Positions 16,723 to 27,182 of a DNA stretch of 64,000 nucleotides are shown here, piece by piece. The DNA is taken from assembly GCA_963666315.2 (NCBI GenBank), contig CAXXHG010000024.1, positions 32,001-96,000 of the forward strand. Direction: 5' to 3'. Made by a program: the position numbers and the translations under genes. The notes below the pieces were generated by a model. That model was not told the DNA's origin. It was given only the letters and a program-made list of their open reading frames with translations, and did not search any database. Position 1 is the first letter of the stretch; every line of letters begins with the position of its first letter. This DNA comes from Candidatus Binatia bacterium (GTDB lineage Bacteria; Desulfobacterota; Binatia; Bin18).

Positions 16723-16940
16723 TTATTGAGGGAGTGGTGCTTCTTGCCTAGCTCCCATTCTTTCCGCAAATTCCTGTGTCGATAATACCTCGGCAAACAT
16801 CGAAGCTTGGGTAATCAGGGTGGAACGGTGTAATTCGCCGTGATCCACCTTGCCCAATGTCGGATGCTCACCGTCCCGCGTGGCTGTGGCGTCGTTCAGG
16901 AATAGGACACGAAAGTCGCGCTGAAAGCCTTCGCGTGCTG
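16723..16940 (-). pseudogene. Second, 3'-only copy of the isochorismatase gene
   Basis: Near-identical 'RDFRVLFLNDATATRDGEHPT..KVDHGELHRSTLIT' to the copy at 15010-15185. Confidence 0.85.
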
Positions 16941-17057
16941 TGGGCGCGCTGGGCCAAGGACCCACGCCGTGTCGAGGTTGCGAAACGCCTGCGGGGTGTT
17001 ATTTTGAGCCAGACCAATAAGATTCTGGCTCCGACTGAGTTTTCAGCCATACAATGA
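16941..17057 (+). pseudogene. NIPSNAP-family C-terminal fragment
   Basis: 'ARWAKDP...VILSQTNKILAPTEFSAIQ*' resembles NIPSNAP C-termini. Confidence 0.5.
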
Positions 17058-17144
17058 GCGCGCAATGAGCGCGTAATAGAGGCATGTGGCGTCAGCACTG
17101 AATACTCGATATCCCGTCTGATTCCGCATCAAAAGTGTATCCAC

Positions 17145-17558
17145 GTGAAATACTGTATTGCCCTTTGTCTCATCCTGCTCATCTTGCCCCTCCTCTCGTG
17201 CGGTCCGCCGCCGTCTCCAGAGATCTTGCTTGGGGAAGGCACGGTCAAAAAAGTGGTTGTTCCGGACAGGCGGGTTGTCATCGCGCATGAAGATATTCCA
17301 GGCTTTATGCATGCCATGACCATGAGTTTCGAGGTCAATAAGCCGAGCTTGCTGCATAATCTCGAGCCTGGGGACCGAGTACGATTTACGCTGGAGATGA
17401 CCAAGCTCACACTCTACTTGGTCGCTGTGGAGAAAATCGCAGCACTGAAGAGCGTGACTTCACGAGCTGAATCCGAGACCAAGCAGGGGGAGGCGGGTGC
17501 AGACCTGACAAAAACGGACGATCATTCAAACTCTTCGTCCTTCTTCGGCCAGAAATAG
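17145..17558 (+). CDS. CusF-like copper-binding lipoprotein
   Basis: Lipobox 'LLSC'; 'IAHEDIPGFMHAMTMSF' His/Met/Met motif; 'LEPGDRVRFTL'. Confidence 0.85.
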   Translation: MKYCIALCLILLILPLLSCGPPPSPEILLGEGTVKKVVVPDRRVVIAHEDIPGFMHAMTMSFEVNKPSLLHNLEPGDRVRFTLEMTKLTLYLVAVEKIAALKSVTSRAESETKQGEAGADLTKTDDHSNSSSFFGQK

Positions 17559-17833
17559 CGCCAGATTTTGGCTGGAGCGTTCAGCAGAGAAAAAGGGTCA
17601 GCCTCGTCTTCTTCTTGTAATTCCTGTTCGTATAATCGATCCTCATACATCTGCTCCCACGACGTGCCTGCATAATCGTCGTCTTCAACATCGTCCGCTG
17701 GTCGTGGTGATGACGTGCCCCACTGCCACGTACCAAGATTACCCCCCGCATCGCGATAACGCGACGGTTGGGCTGCGACTGACGCGCTTAATAAGAGGCC
17801 TATACAAACGCAAGTGACCTGTAGTATGCGCAT
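17522..17833 (-). CDS. Hypothetical secreted acidic protein
   Basis: Signal peptide followed by an acidic body. Confidence 0.5.
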   Translation of the reverse strand: MRILQVTCVCIGLLLSASVAAQPSRYRDAGGNLGTWQWGTSSPRPADDVEDDDYAGTSWEQMYEDRLYEQELQEEDEADPFSLLNAPAKIWRYFWPKKDEEFE

Positions 17834-18155
17834 TTTCCTACGCGCATTGTACCATAATCACACGTGAGGACCAATGTAAAATAGGCGGTCTAAGACGACG
17901 CGGATGGTTGTGAGGTGATCGCTACATGACATGGCGAAACAGCAGGTTTCATGCTACGAAGGCCGCGGCCTGAAGAGGAGACAGAGGAGGCAGGCCGTGG
18001 AGCCACTCTCGAGCCTGACCACTGGATTCCTCCTTGGCGTATAGCTTGCCTTTGCTGCTGACCGTCTCGTGAGGGGGGTGAGTCTGACGATGGGGCTCTG
18101 GATTATTTTTGAACTCAGTTTTATGAACGGCCTCTTTCTGACGTAACGAGTCCTC

Positions 18156-18953
18156 ATGCTGCTTGCTCCTGCTCCTGTATGGGCCGCCCTCCTTTCGGGT
18201 GTCATTCATATACTTGTCCTGGGATGGATTACCACGCTGTCGGTGGCAACTCCAGCACCGCGACAGAAGCTCCTGAAAGTTGCCTTGATACAACCGGCGA
18301 CACCCCTCCCAGTCGGAGAACCTCAAGGAGAGAGAGGGGAAGCTCCAGCCCCCCCGGTGAAAAAGCCGGCTCGACCAGTCCGGCCACGACAACAACCCCA
18401 GGTCAAAAAAACTCAGCCCAAGCCAAAAAGAACGGCAAAACTATCTCTCCCTGCTCCGCCTGTGACCGAAAAGCCAAGACCCCCTGTCGCAGCGCTCCCG
18501 CTTGAGAAGATGGAGGCTGATCCCCAGGCAGAAGACGCCGGCAGCGGAAGTGTTGGAGACCGCGGCCTCACCGCTCCGAACGCGATTACCAGCAGGGGAC
18601 TCGAGGGTCCCATTTCAGGCAACGGAGTTCATGCTGGAGACGGGCAGGGATCAGGTCGCGGGGGAGGCGGTAGGGCAGCCCGGCCGAATTATGATGTGAA
18701 TCCAAAACCGCCCTATCCGAGAATTGCGCGTCGATTAGGAGCCCAAGGGGTGGTGACGCTGCGCGTCTTTGTCCTCAAGGACGGCAGTGTGGGGCAAGCG
18801 GCCGTCCTGCGTTCGTCGGGGTTTCGTATGCTTGATGATTCAGCCCTGCGGACCGTTCGGTCGGCCTGGCGCTTTCTCCCTGCGCGGCGGGATGGGATGG
18901 CAATTGAGAGTTGGGTTGAGATCCCCATCAAGTTTGTGCTTGAAGTATCCTGA
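18156..18953 (+). CDS. TonB-family energy transducer
   Basis: N-terminal TM with His, Pro/Lys-rich linker, 'PPYPRIARRLGAQGVV...SSGFRMLDDSAL'. Confidence 0.9.
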   Translation: MLLAPAPVWAALLSGVIHILVLGWITTLSVATPAPRQKLLKVALIQPATPLPVGEPQGERGEAPAPPVKKPARPVRPRQQPQVKKTQPKPKRTAKLSLPAPPVTEKPRPPVAALPLEKMEADPQAEDAGSGSVGDRGLTAPNAITSRGLEGPISGNGVHAGDGQGSGRGGGGRAARPNYDVNPKPPYPRIARRLGAQGVVTLRVFVLKDGSVGQAAVLRSSGFRMLDDSALRTVRSAWRFLPARRDGMAIESWVEIPIKFVLEVS

Positions 18954-18961
18954 GTCGCCCC

Positions 18962-20140
18962 ATGAGGATAGCCTATTTCGACACTTTTTCCGGCATTAGC
19001 GGCGATATGGTCATAGGCGCGCTCCTTGATCTGGGGGTGCCGCTTGAGCTGCTGAAGACCGAATTCGCCAAGCTGCCCAATCTTGCCTTAGACGGCTATA
19101 CGCTGAGCCAATCCGAGCGTGTCCAGAGTGGCATACGTGCGGTCAAGTTCAACGTTGAGGTGACTGCTAAACAATTTGAGCGCAGCTTTCATTCTATTGC
19201 GGACATGCTCGGCCGGAGTACGCTGAGTCTGACGGTGAAAGAGACCGCGCTGAAGATTTTTACTCGCTTAGCCGAGGCAGAGGCGCACGTGCACAACGTT
19301 GCGCTGGAAGACGTGCACTTTCATGAGGTCGGCGCGGTTGACTCTATTCTGGATATTGTTGGTGCAGCGATTGGTTTTGAAGCGCTTGGTATTCAAACGA
19401 TCTATACGAGTCCTTTGCCGCTGGGCAGTGGTTTTGTGTCGACCCGTCACGGGACGTTGCCGGTGCCAGGCCCGGCGACTGTGGAACTCTTGAAGGGCCT
19501 GCCGGTTCGTTTTGAGGACGGCCAGTCTGAGCTTGTGACGCCCACTGGCGCGGCTATTCTGTCCGCCTTGGCAAAGCCCGGACCCCCACCGCTTTCGATA
19601 ACAAAGATTGGCTATGGGGCAGGCGAGCGCACGCTTCCTGATCGGCCGAATTTGCTGCGAGTCTGTCTCGGTCAGGCTGTACCTGAAATGCAACACGAAC
19701 AACTGCTGGTTTTGGAAACCAATATCGATGATCTCAACCCGGAATGGTATGAGCACGTCATGGAGCAGCTTTTTGCCGCAGGCGCACGCGACGTGTTTCT
19801 GACGCCGATTCAAATGAAGAAAAACCGACCCGGCATATTGCTGTGGGTTTTGTGTAGTCCAAAAGACCAGGGACAACTCTCAATAATTATTTTTAATGAG
19901 ACCTCGACGCTGGGCATACGGTCGTATCTTGTTGAGCGGTTAGCCCTGCGCCGCGAGCAGAAAGAAGTCCGGACCGAGTATGGTGCCGTCACGGTCAAAA
20001 TCGCCTATCAGCCTAACGGGCAGATGAATATCGCCCCGGAATACGACGACTGTAAACGGATCGCCCAAGAAAAAAATATTCCGCTCAAGTTGGTGTATGA
20101 GGCGGCAATACGGGGGGTGCACGGTCTGAGGGATGCCTGA
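18962..20140 (+). CDS. larC: Nickel pincer cofactor biosynthesis protein LarC
   Basis: 'GISGDM', 'VHFHEVGAVDSI', 'ELVTPTGAA', 'LETNIDD', 'MKKNRPG', 'PEYDDC'. Confidence 0.95.
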   Translation: MRIAYFDTFSGISGDMVIGALLDLGVPLELLKTEFAKLPNLALDGYTLSQSERVQSGIRAVKFNVEVTAKQFERSFHSIADMLGRSTLSLTVKETALKIFTRLAEAEAHVHNVALEDVHFHEVGAVDSILDIVGAAIGFEALGIQTIYTSPLPLGSGFVSTRHGTLPVPGPATVELLKGLPVRFEDGQSELVTPTGAAILSALAKPGPPPLSITKIGYGAGERTLPDRPNLLRVCLGQAVPEMQHEQLLVLETNIDDLNPEWYEHVMEQLFAAGARDVFLTPIQMKKNRPGILLWVLCSPKDQGQLSIIIFNETSTLGIRSYLVERLALRREQKEVRTEYGAVTVKIAYQPNGQMNIAPEYDDCKRIAQEKNIPLKLVYEAAIRGVHGLRDA

Positions 20141-20193
20141 GGAAAAAGAGAGGGGCGAAGCAGAGTATGCTCCGCCCCGAAAGAAGAGTAGTC

Positions 20194-20637
20194 TCACGAA
20201 ATAAGATCAGCCAGTACTTCGGCTGGATGGGACCTGGTATTCACCGATGCATAGGCTTTTTGGATCTTGCCATATTCATCTATGAGATAACTGATCCGCT
20301 TCGCATAACCAGCGCCGGCATCATCGCACGCGTCATACGCCAGGCCCAGGCTCCGGGTGGTGTCGCACAGAGGCAGGAAAGGAAGGTCGAATTTTTTGGC
20401 AAAATCGGCGTTTTCTTCAACCGTGTCAAAACTGACACCAAGAACTTCAACATTTTGTGATTTAAAATCTTCGATTTGGTCACGGAACCCGCGACCTTCT
20501 GTCGTTCAACCAGGCGTATCGGCCTTGGGGTAAAACCACATGAGCGTTTTCTTGCCGCGCAGATTCGTGAGGGACAGGTCGTTGCCCTGGTGGGTTTTGA
20601 CCGTGAAGTCGGGTGCTATGTCTCCGGGTTGTAACAT
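20194..20637 (-). CDS. bcp: Selenocysteine-containing BCP/PrxQ peroxiredoxin (147 aa, U44)
   Basis: Manual translation 'MLQPGDIAPDFT...WFYPKADTPG[TGA]TTEGRGFRD...VLGVSFD...AKRISYLID'. The TGA (20506-20508) sits at the peroxidatic Cys position. RBS GGAG. Confidence 0.9.
20478..20496 (-). promoter_or_regulatory. Putative bacterial SECIS hairpin
   Basis: GGUCGCGG-GUU-CCGUGACC, starting 9 nt after the UGA, with G in the apical loop. Confidence 0.7.
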
Positions 20638-20720
20638 TGATTTTTGCTCCTTCCTTGTCAATTCTGAAACGGTCGTTCAGGCTACTGCCCTGTCTACCTT
20701 GAAACTATGAGTGTTGTCGC

Positions 20721-20806
20721 CGTTCCCCTTCGACAAGCTCAGGCCGAACGGGAAGAGGCCGTGGAGAACGGACCCGTTCGTGCTGAGCCCCGTCGAAGCA
20801 TGAACG
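20721..20806. repeat. Paired REP-like inverted element
   Basis: CTTCGACAAGCTCAGGCCGAACGGG ... CCCGTTCGTGCTGAGCCCCGTCGAAG. Confidence 0.75.
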
Positions 20807-20840
20807 CGCGGACATGCACAATTTTAGCCTGGATACTCTA

Positions 20841-22757
20841 CTACGACGCGCCTAGCAGCGCTCGTTGGTTGTATTCTATGCTGGATTGCTCCTTTAAATG
20901 GCGGATGAACTCGCGGTTAGCCGCTGTCTGCTTGCGTTGCAGCAGGGATTTGCGCAGATCGTCACGCTTTTTCTCAAGTTCTTCGGAATCGGCAGGGATA
21001 TGCTCTTTGAGCACCGCAATAAACGCATTCCCCCCCCAGGCGTAACTCTTCGGCACGACCGGATCTTCCGGGGTCAATCGAAACGCCGCTGTTTTGAGAT
21101 CCGGAATATTTCCGATTTTCGGAATATAGTTTCCGCGCCGTGCGAAGGGACCGGTTTCTTCAACCGTGAGACCTTCGGCCTTGGCTAAGCTATTAATATC
21201 TTTGGTTTTTTTGAGATGGGCGTACAGCTTCTGGGCTTTTTCCTCTGCCAATTGTTCGGCCTGCTCACCCCGATAGCGTTCTTCTACTTCTTCTCGAACC
21301 TGCGCAAGTTCGGGAATATGGGACTCGACACGTTCATGCAGAGACACAATATACCAACTTTCGTCAATGCGGACAGGTTCACTTATTCCTTGCAGCGCAA
21401 GATCCGAGGCTGTCTGGATGAGTTTCGGACGACTGCCGAGGCCGGGGATCGTTTCGTTTTTGGCGACAAGAGGAGTTTCGTCAACGCTCACTTCTACGGA
21501 TGCTGCGAACTGACGCAGTGTCATGTTGTCTGCAATCTTGGCTCTGTCCTTGCGCGCTCGATTTTCTGCAACCTCACGGCTGCCCTGAGTTCTGAGTGTT
21601 TCAGTGACTTCCTGTGCAACTTCATCCAGAGGTTGCACCCGCTCGGGGTGTATTGCTTCGACCTTGATGATGTGGAACCCGTAGGTGGTCTCCACAAGAT
21701 CGCTAATCTCTTCTGCCGCTAGACTAAAGGCTGCCTCTTCAAACGGCTTGACCATACGCCCTCGGGCGAAGAGACCCAAATCTCCTCCATTCTCCGCAGT
21801 CGCGGTATCTTCGGAGTATTCCTCGGCCAAGGCCGCAAAATCCTCTCCAGACTGTGCGCGTTTCAGAATCCTTGCTGCGCTGGCTCGAATCTGACTTTTT
21901 TCTTCTTCTGAGACGTAGTCTGCAACAAGGAATAAAATGTGACGTACCTGCACTTGTTGTTCTTCCGTAAATTGAGCCGCTTTGTTCGTATCGTAAAACT
22001 TTTGCAGATCTTGTTCTGATACGACCACCTCCGCATCGTACTCTTCGGCCGCATAGGTCACATAGGTAAAACGGATGCGCTCAGGCTCGCGGAATGACTC
22101 CTTGTTTGTGTCGTAAAAATCCTGCACTTGTTGTTCGTCTACCGTGACTTTATCGACTAAGTCGACGGAGGCGATTTTAATAAATGCCAGATCAATCTGT
22201 TCCTGCTCAAAGTGAAACAGCTCCTCTACCTCGTGGTCGGTGGCCCGGGCTGAGGCATCGATGAACTTCTGGAGCTTGGTCACCACAAGTCGATCGCGCT
22301 GCCGCTCCTCGAATTCGCGTGGGGTCATCCGCAAATAGCGTAAAACGCGCCGGTAACGGTCGGAGCTGAAAGAGCCATAACCCTGAAAGGCTGGATACGC
22401 GGAAATGTCATCGCGCACTTCTTCATCCGTGGCACGGAAGCCGATCCGGCGCGCCTCCTTGGCCAGCAGTTTGGCATCGATAAGCTGGTCGAGCGTTTGC
22501 TGCCGCAAATTCAGCTGCTGCACCAGCTCGGGGGTAAAGCGCTCTTTATATAACTCCTGGTAGTGCGACCGTACATTCCGATAGGCTTGCTGGAACTCCT
22601 TAAGCGAAATGGGATCTTCGTTCACGGTGGCTACCGTCTGTACTTGGGCGTTATCATCAAAGCTATCCACACCCCAAAAAACAAATACCAGGACAATGAT
22701 CGAAAAGAGGATTTTCGTCCAGACTGACTGGACCCTGCGACGCATAAAATCAAGCAT
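20841..22757 (-). CDS. ppiD: PpiD/SurA-type periplasmic chaperone with parvulin PPIase domain
   Basis: N-terminal TM 'IIVLVFVFWG'; 'VRHIL...FAALAEEYSED...GGDLG...MVKPFEEAAF...VETTYGFHIIKV'. Confidence 0.9.
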   Translation of the reverse strand: MLDFMRRRVQSVWTKILFSIIVLVFVFWGVDSFDDNAQVQTVATVNEDPISLKEFQQAYRNVRSHYQELYKERFTPELVQQLNLRQQTLDQLIDAKLLAKEARRIGFRATDEEVRDDISAYPAFQGYGSFSSDRYRRVLRYLRMTPREFEERQRDRLVVTKLQKFIDASARATDHEVEELFHFEQEQIDLAFIKIASVDLVDKVTVDEQQVQDFYDTNKESFREPERIRFTYVTYAAEEYDAEVVVSEQDLQKFYDTNKAAQFTEEQQVQVRHILFLVADYVSEEEKSQIRASAARILKRAQSGEDFAALAEEYSEDTATAENGGDLGLFARGRMVKPFEEAAFSLAAEEISDLVETTYGFHIIKVEAIHPERVQPLDEVAQEVTETLRTQGSREVAENRARKDRAKIADNMTLRQFAASVEVSVDETPLVAKNETIPGLGSRPKLIQTASDLALQGISEPVRIDESWYIVSLHERVESHIPELAQVREEVEERYRGEQAEQLAEEKAQKLYAHLKKTKDINSLAKAEGLTVEETGPFARRGNYIPKIGNIPDLKTAAFRLTPEDPVVPKSYAWGGNAFIAVLKEHIPADSEELEKKRDDLRKSLLQRKQTAANREFIRHLKEQSSIEYNQRALLGAS

Positions 22758-22895
22758 AGATTTGAACCTCCCGCGTACTGATGGCATAGTAGATGTGTGA
22801 AGAAAAAGCAACAGCATTCCAAGGACTTGCCCTCATATTGGAATTTTGATAGAAACCATTTTTGCGGGTACGAGCAGAGGGGCTGGGAGAAATAA

Positions 22896-23933
<1,038 letters not shown>

Positions 23934-23971
23934 GAAAGCAGCGATTTTTCGCAACACCCTGAGTGTGGATC

Positions 23972-24823
23972 ATGTTCGAGGTTCTGCATAGATACCGAAT
24001 ACTCTTATCCTGTGGGTTCATTCTCTTCATCTCGTTATTATTAGCGACGGTAAACGCACGCTTTCCCTATCGGATGGATCCGGTCGGCGTGCTTTTTCTT
24101 GAAGTGATGCAACCCCTCCAGGGCGGCTTGACCGCGTTGACCCAGGGCTCGGTGCAGATCTGGGATCAATATCGAGATCTGCTCTCTGTGCATCAAACCA
24201 ACGAAGTCCTGCGTACGCGCCTGGCTGCTCTTGAGCGTATGCACGAGCAGTTGATTGAACTCGAACTGGATAATCAGCGCTTGGAGCTCTTATTAGGTCT
24301 GGGGGCGCAGGCGCCCGGCTCGCCTATTGCCGCTCGTGTTATTGGACGGAACCCTGGTGTATGGACGCATAGCGCCGTTCTGGATAAAGGCGAACGACAC
24401 GGTATTCGTAAGGGCATGGCTGTCTTGTCCCCGGCCGGTGTGGTTGGCCAGGTTGTTTCTGCTGGACCGCACGCTGCCCACATCTTGTTTATATCCGCCC
24501 CGAACAGCGGAATCGATGCGTTAGTGCAGCGTTCGCGTGTTCCTGGTATTGTGTCTGGAACGCTGGCTGGACACTGTCATCTCAAATATGTCCAACGCGG
24601 CAGTGATGTGCAGGTCGGCGATGTGGTTATTGCGTCTGGTCTGGATGGAATTTTCCCAAAAGGACAACAGATTGGGCGTGTGATACGAATCGCTACACGC
24701 GACGACGGGATGTTCCAAGACATAGAGGTCAGGCTGAGTGCCGAGCTTGCAAAAATTGAAGAAGTCTTGGTGGTTGCCCCAGCGGTCGTCCGAGCAGGAG
24801 CCGCGCAACTCGGAGGTGGGTAG
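23972..24823 (+). CDS. mreC: Rod shape-determining protein MreC
   Basis: Coiled coil plus 'LDKG..GI..GM', 'SGLDGIFPKG'; operon position. Confidence 0.93.
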   Translation: MFEVLHRYRILLSCGFILFISLLLATVNARFPYRMDPVGVLFLEVMQPLQGGLTALTQGSVQIWDQYRDLLSVHQTNEVLRTRLAALERMHEQLIELELDNQRLELLLGLGAQAPGSPIAARVIGRNPGVWTHSAVLDKGERHGIRKGMAVLSPAGVVGQVVSAGPHAAHILFISAPNSGIDALVQRSRVPGIVSGTLAGHCHLKYVQRGSDVQVGDVVIASGLDGIFPKGQQIGRVIRIATRDDGMFQDIEVRLSAELAKIEEVLVVAPAVVRAGAAQLGGG

Positions 24824-25307
24824 GCTCCGTACGTTTGGACTCATTGGAGGCTGCGGGGCTGTCGCCATTCTGTTGCAAACCAGCGTGCTGCCGGCTCTCC
24901 CGTTTGCGCCCGATCTCTTGCTCATTGTGTGTGTGTATCTTGGCATCTACCACCGATCTGTGGGCGGCGCGGCGTGGGCTTTTTTCCTGGGCTATGCCCT
25001 CGATAGCTGTTCGGGTTTACCGGTGGGCGCGCATACGCTTGCGATGAGTCTCGTTTTCTCTGCTGCGGCACTCATGTCGCAAAGCTTGTGGATGAACAAT
25101 CCTGTATCGGTTTGTGGACTCATCGCCATGGCCGTCCTCCTCAAAATGGTGACTTTTCTTTTTCTGCATGGAGTAGAGTGGGCGTCAGTTCTGTTCTTGC
25201 CCCTCGTTGCGCGCTACGTATTATGGGATGTGCTGTTTTCCATTCTCCTCACCCCGCTGATCTTTGCTCTGCTGGCAATGGGCGAGCGGGCGCCTTCCCG
25301 AGCGTAA
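24816..25307 (+). CDS. mreD: Rod shape-determining protein MreD
   Basis: Hydrophobic, 'PDLLLI', 'GYALD'; lies between mreC and mrdA. Confidence 0.88.
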   Translation: MGRLRTFGLIGGCGAVAILLQTSVLPALPFAPDLLLIVCVYLGIYHRSVGGAAWAFFLGYALDSCSGLPVGAHTLAMSLVFSAAALMSQSLWMNNPVSVCGLIAMAVLLKMVTFLFLHGVEWASVLFLPLVARYVLWDVLFSILLTPLIFALLAMGERAPSRA

Positions 25308-27182
25308 ATGAACGAGACGCCTGAAGTTTTTACGTCGCAAGAGACGCTCGCCGCGTGTTATCGTCGAGTCGGGGTGATGAGTCTCATTATCCTGCTCGTC
25401 TTGTGCGTCCTTGGGTTTCGCTTGTGGCAGCTCCAGATTGTCGACGGAAGTCGCTTGCGGACCTTGTCGGAAAAAAATCGGCTACGCCTCAGACGCTTGC
25501 CACCTATGCGCGGACTGATGCATGATCGAACCGGGCGGGTGGTGGTTGCTAATCGTCCTTCGTTTGATGTGGTTATTGTCCCCGCAGATGTGCAAGAAAT
25601 GTCGCTGCTGTTGCACAAGCTTGCACGGTATGTACCGGATGTGAAGGATCTGGGGAACGGCAATCTGCCGCGCAATCTTCGGCGTCCTGCGTACGAAGAT
25701 ATTGTCGTGGCTCGGGATGTCTCACGGCAGACCTTAGTTGCCATCGAAGCCCATCAAATGGACCTGCCTGGGGTCCGTATTGACGTGAGCTCAAAACGGT
25801 ATTATCCCGCAGAGAGCGTTGCGGCGCATCTGCTCGGACATGTTGGAGAAGTGAATAATACCGAAATGGAGCTATTTTCGGGTTACCGTCTTGGTGATCT
25901 GACGGGAAAGGTGGGACTTGAGAAAGCCTGGGAAGAAGCGCTGCGGGGGCATAGTGGGGGCCAACAAGTTGAGATTGACGCGTCCGGAAGAACGCTCAGA
26001 GTCTTGGATGAAGTGCGGGCGCAACCCGGACGAAATTTGATACTCACGCTAGACCTTGAACTCCAAGAAGAAGCCGAGCGTGCGCTCGCAGAGGTCGAAG
26101 GTGCACTAGTCGTCCTCAGCGTGCATACCGGGGAAGTCTTGGTCATGGTGAACCGCCCCGCCTTTAACCCGAATTTGTTTGCGCGCGGCATTCGCCGGAG
26201 TGAATGGCGTCAACTGCTTGAGAACCCGTTGCACCCGCTCACAAATAGGGTGATCCAAGGCCAATACCCGCCCGGTTCGACGTTTAAACCCATCATGGCA
26301 GCAGCAGCATTAGAAGAGGGTGTCATTACTCCGGAGACGCAATTTCGATGTCAGGGCGGGCTGCCGTTTGGTGGGCGGGTGTTTCGCTGTTGGAAACGGT
26401 CCGGCCACGGCAGGGTTGATCTGAAACAAGCCTTGGCCCAGTCGTGCGATGTGTATTTCTACCAAATCGGCCAGCTGCTTGGAATCGAGAAAATTGCCGA
26501 ATATGCGCGTCGATTTGGGTTAGGGCGGGATATGCATATTGCCCTGGGTCATGCTGCTGCGGGCATTATCCCGGATGCGGCATGGAAAAAAGACCGCTTC
26601 GGTATACCCTGGTACGCGGGCGAGACCTTGTCGGTTGTCATTGGGCAGGGCTACGTCACGGCAACGCCTTTGCAGATGGCCGTCGCGATCGCTGCCATAG
26701 CCAATGGAGGCACCGTATACCGCCCCGCATTCGTTACACAGGTGCTAGGAGCCGACAATACGCCCATCCAGACCTATCCGCCTGAGATCGTTACTCAGGT
26801 TGATATCCGAGCCGAGCATTTGCAGACCGTACGGGAAGGGATGTGGGAGGTAGTCCACGGCAAAGCGGGGACGGGAAGGAAAGCCCGACTGATGGATATT
26901 GAGGTGGCGGGAAAGACAGGCACGGCTCAGGTCATTAGTGGAGCGCGGGGGAGCGCGGCTGACGCACCGCGCCGGTACCGTGACCATGCCTGGTTTGTGG
27001 CTTTTGCACCGGCGTCTGATCCGGAAGTTGTTGTTGTCTGTCTGATTGAGCACTCCGGCAAGGGCGGCGGAAAGGTTGCGGCTCCCGTTGTGCGTGCGGT
27101 CTTAGAGGCATATTTCCGAATCACCCAGCATTCAAGCGAGGAGAGCCATGGGATTCGACAGGCGACTCATCGAGCATTTTGA
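25308..27182 (+). CDS. mrdA: Penicillin-binding protein 2
   Basis: 'PPGSTFK' SxxK, 'SCD', 'KTGTAQ', 'DHAWF'. Confidence 0.96.
   Translation: MNETPEVFTSQETLAACYRRVGVMSLIILLVLCVLGFRLWQLQIVDGSRLRTLSEKNRLRLRRLPPMRGLMHDRTGRVVVANRPSFDVVIVPADVQEMSLLLHKLARYVPDVKDLGNGNLPRNLRRPAYEDIVVARDVSRQTLVAIEAHQMDLPGVRIDVSSKRYYPAESVAAHLLGHVGEVNNTEMELFSGYRLGDLTGKVGLEKAWEEALRGHSGGQQVEIDASGRTLRVLDEVRAQPGRNLILTLDLELQEEAERALAEVEGALVVLSVHTGEVLVMVNRPAFNPNLFARGIRRSEWRQLLENPLHPLTNRVIQGQYPPGSTFKPIMAAAALEEGVITPETQFRCQGGLPFGGRVFRCWKRSGHGRVDLKQALAQSCDVYFYQIGQLLGIEKIAEYARRFGLGRDMHIALGHAAAGIIPDAAWKKDRFGIPWYAGETLSVVIGQGYVTATPLQMAVAIAAIANGGTVYRPAFVTQVLGADNTPIQTYPPEIVTQVDIRAEHLQTVREGMWEVVHGKAGTGRKARLMDIEVAGKTGTAQVISGARGSAADAPRRYRDHAWFVAFAPASDPEVVVVCLIEHSGKGGGKVAAPVVRAVLEAYFRITQHSSEESHGIRQATHRAF

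Noticed and set aside
20167-20460. Plus-strand 97-aa ORF
   Set aside because: It is the antisense shadow of the Sec peroxiredoxin.
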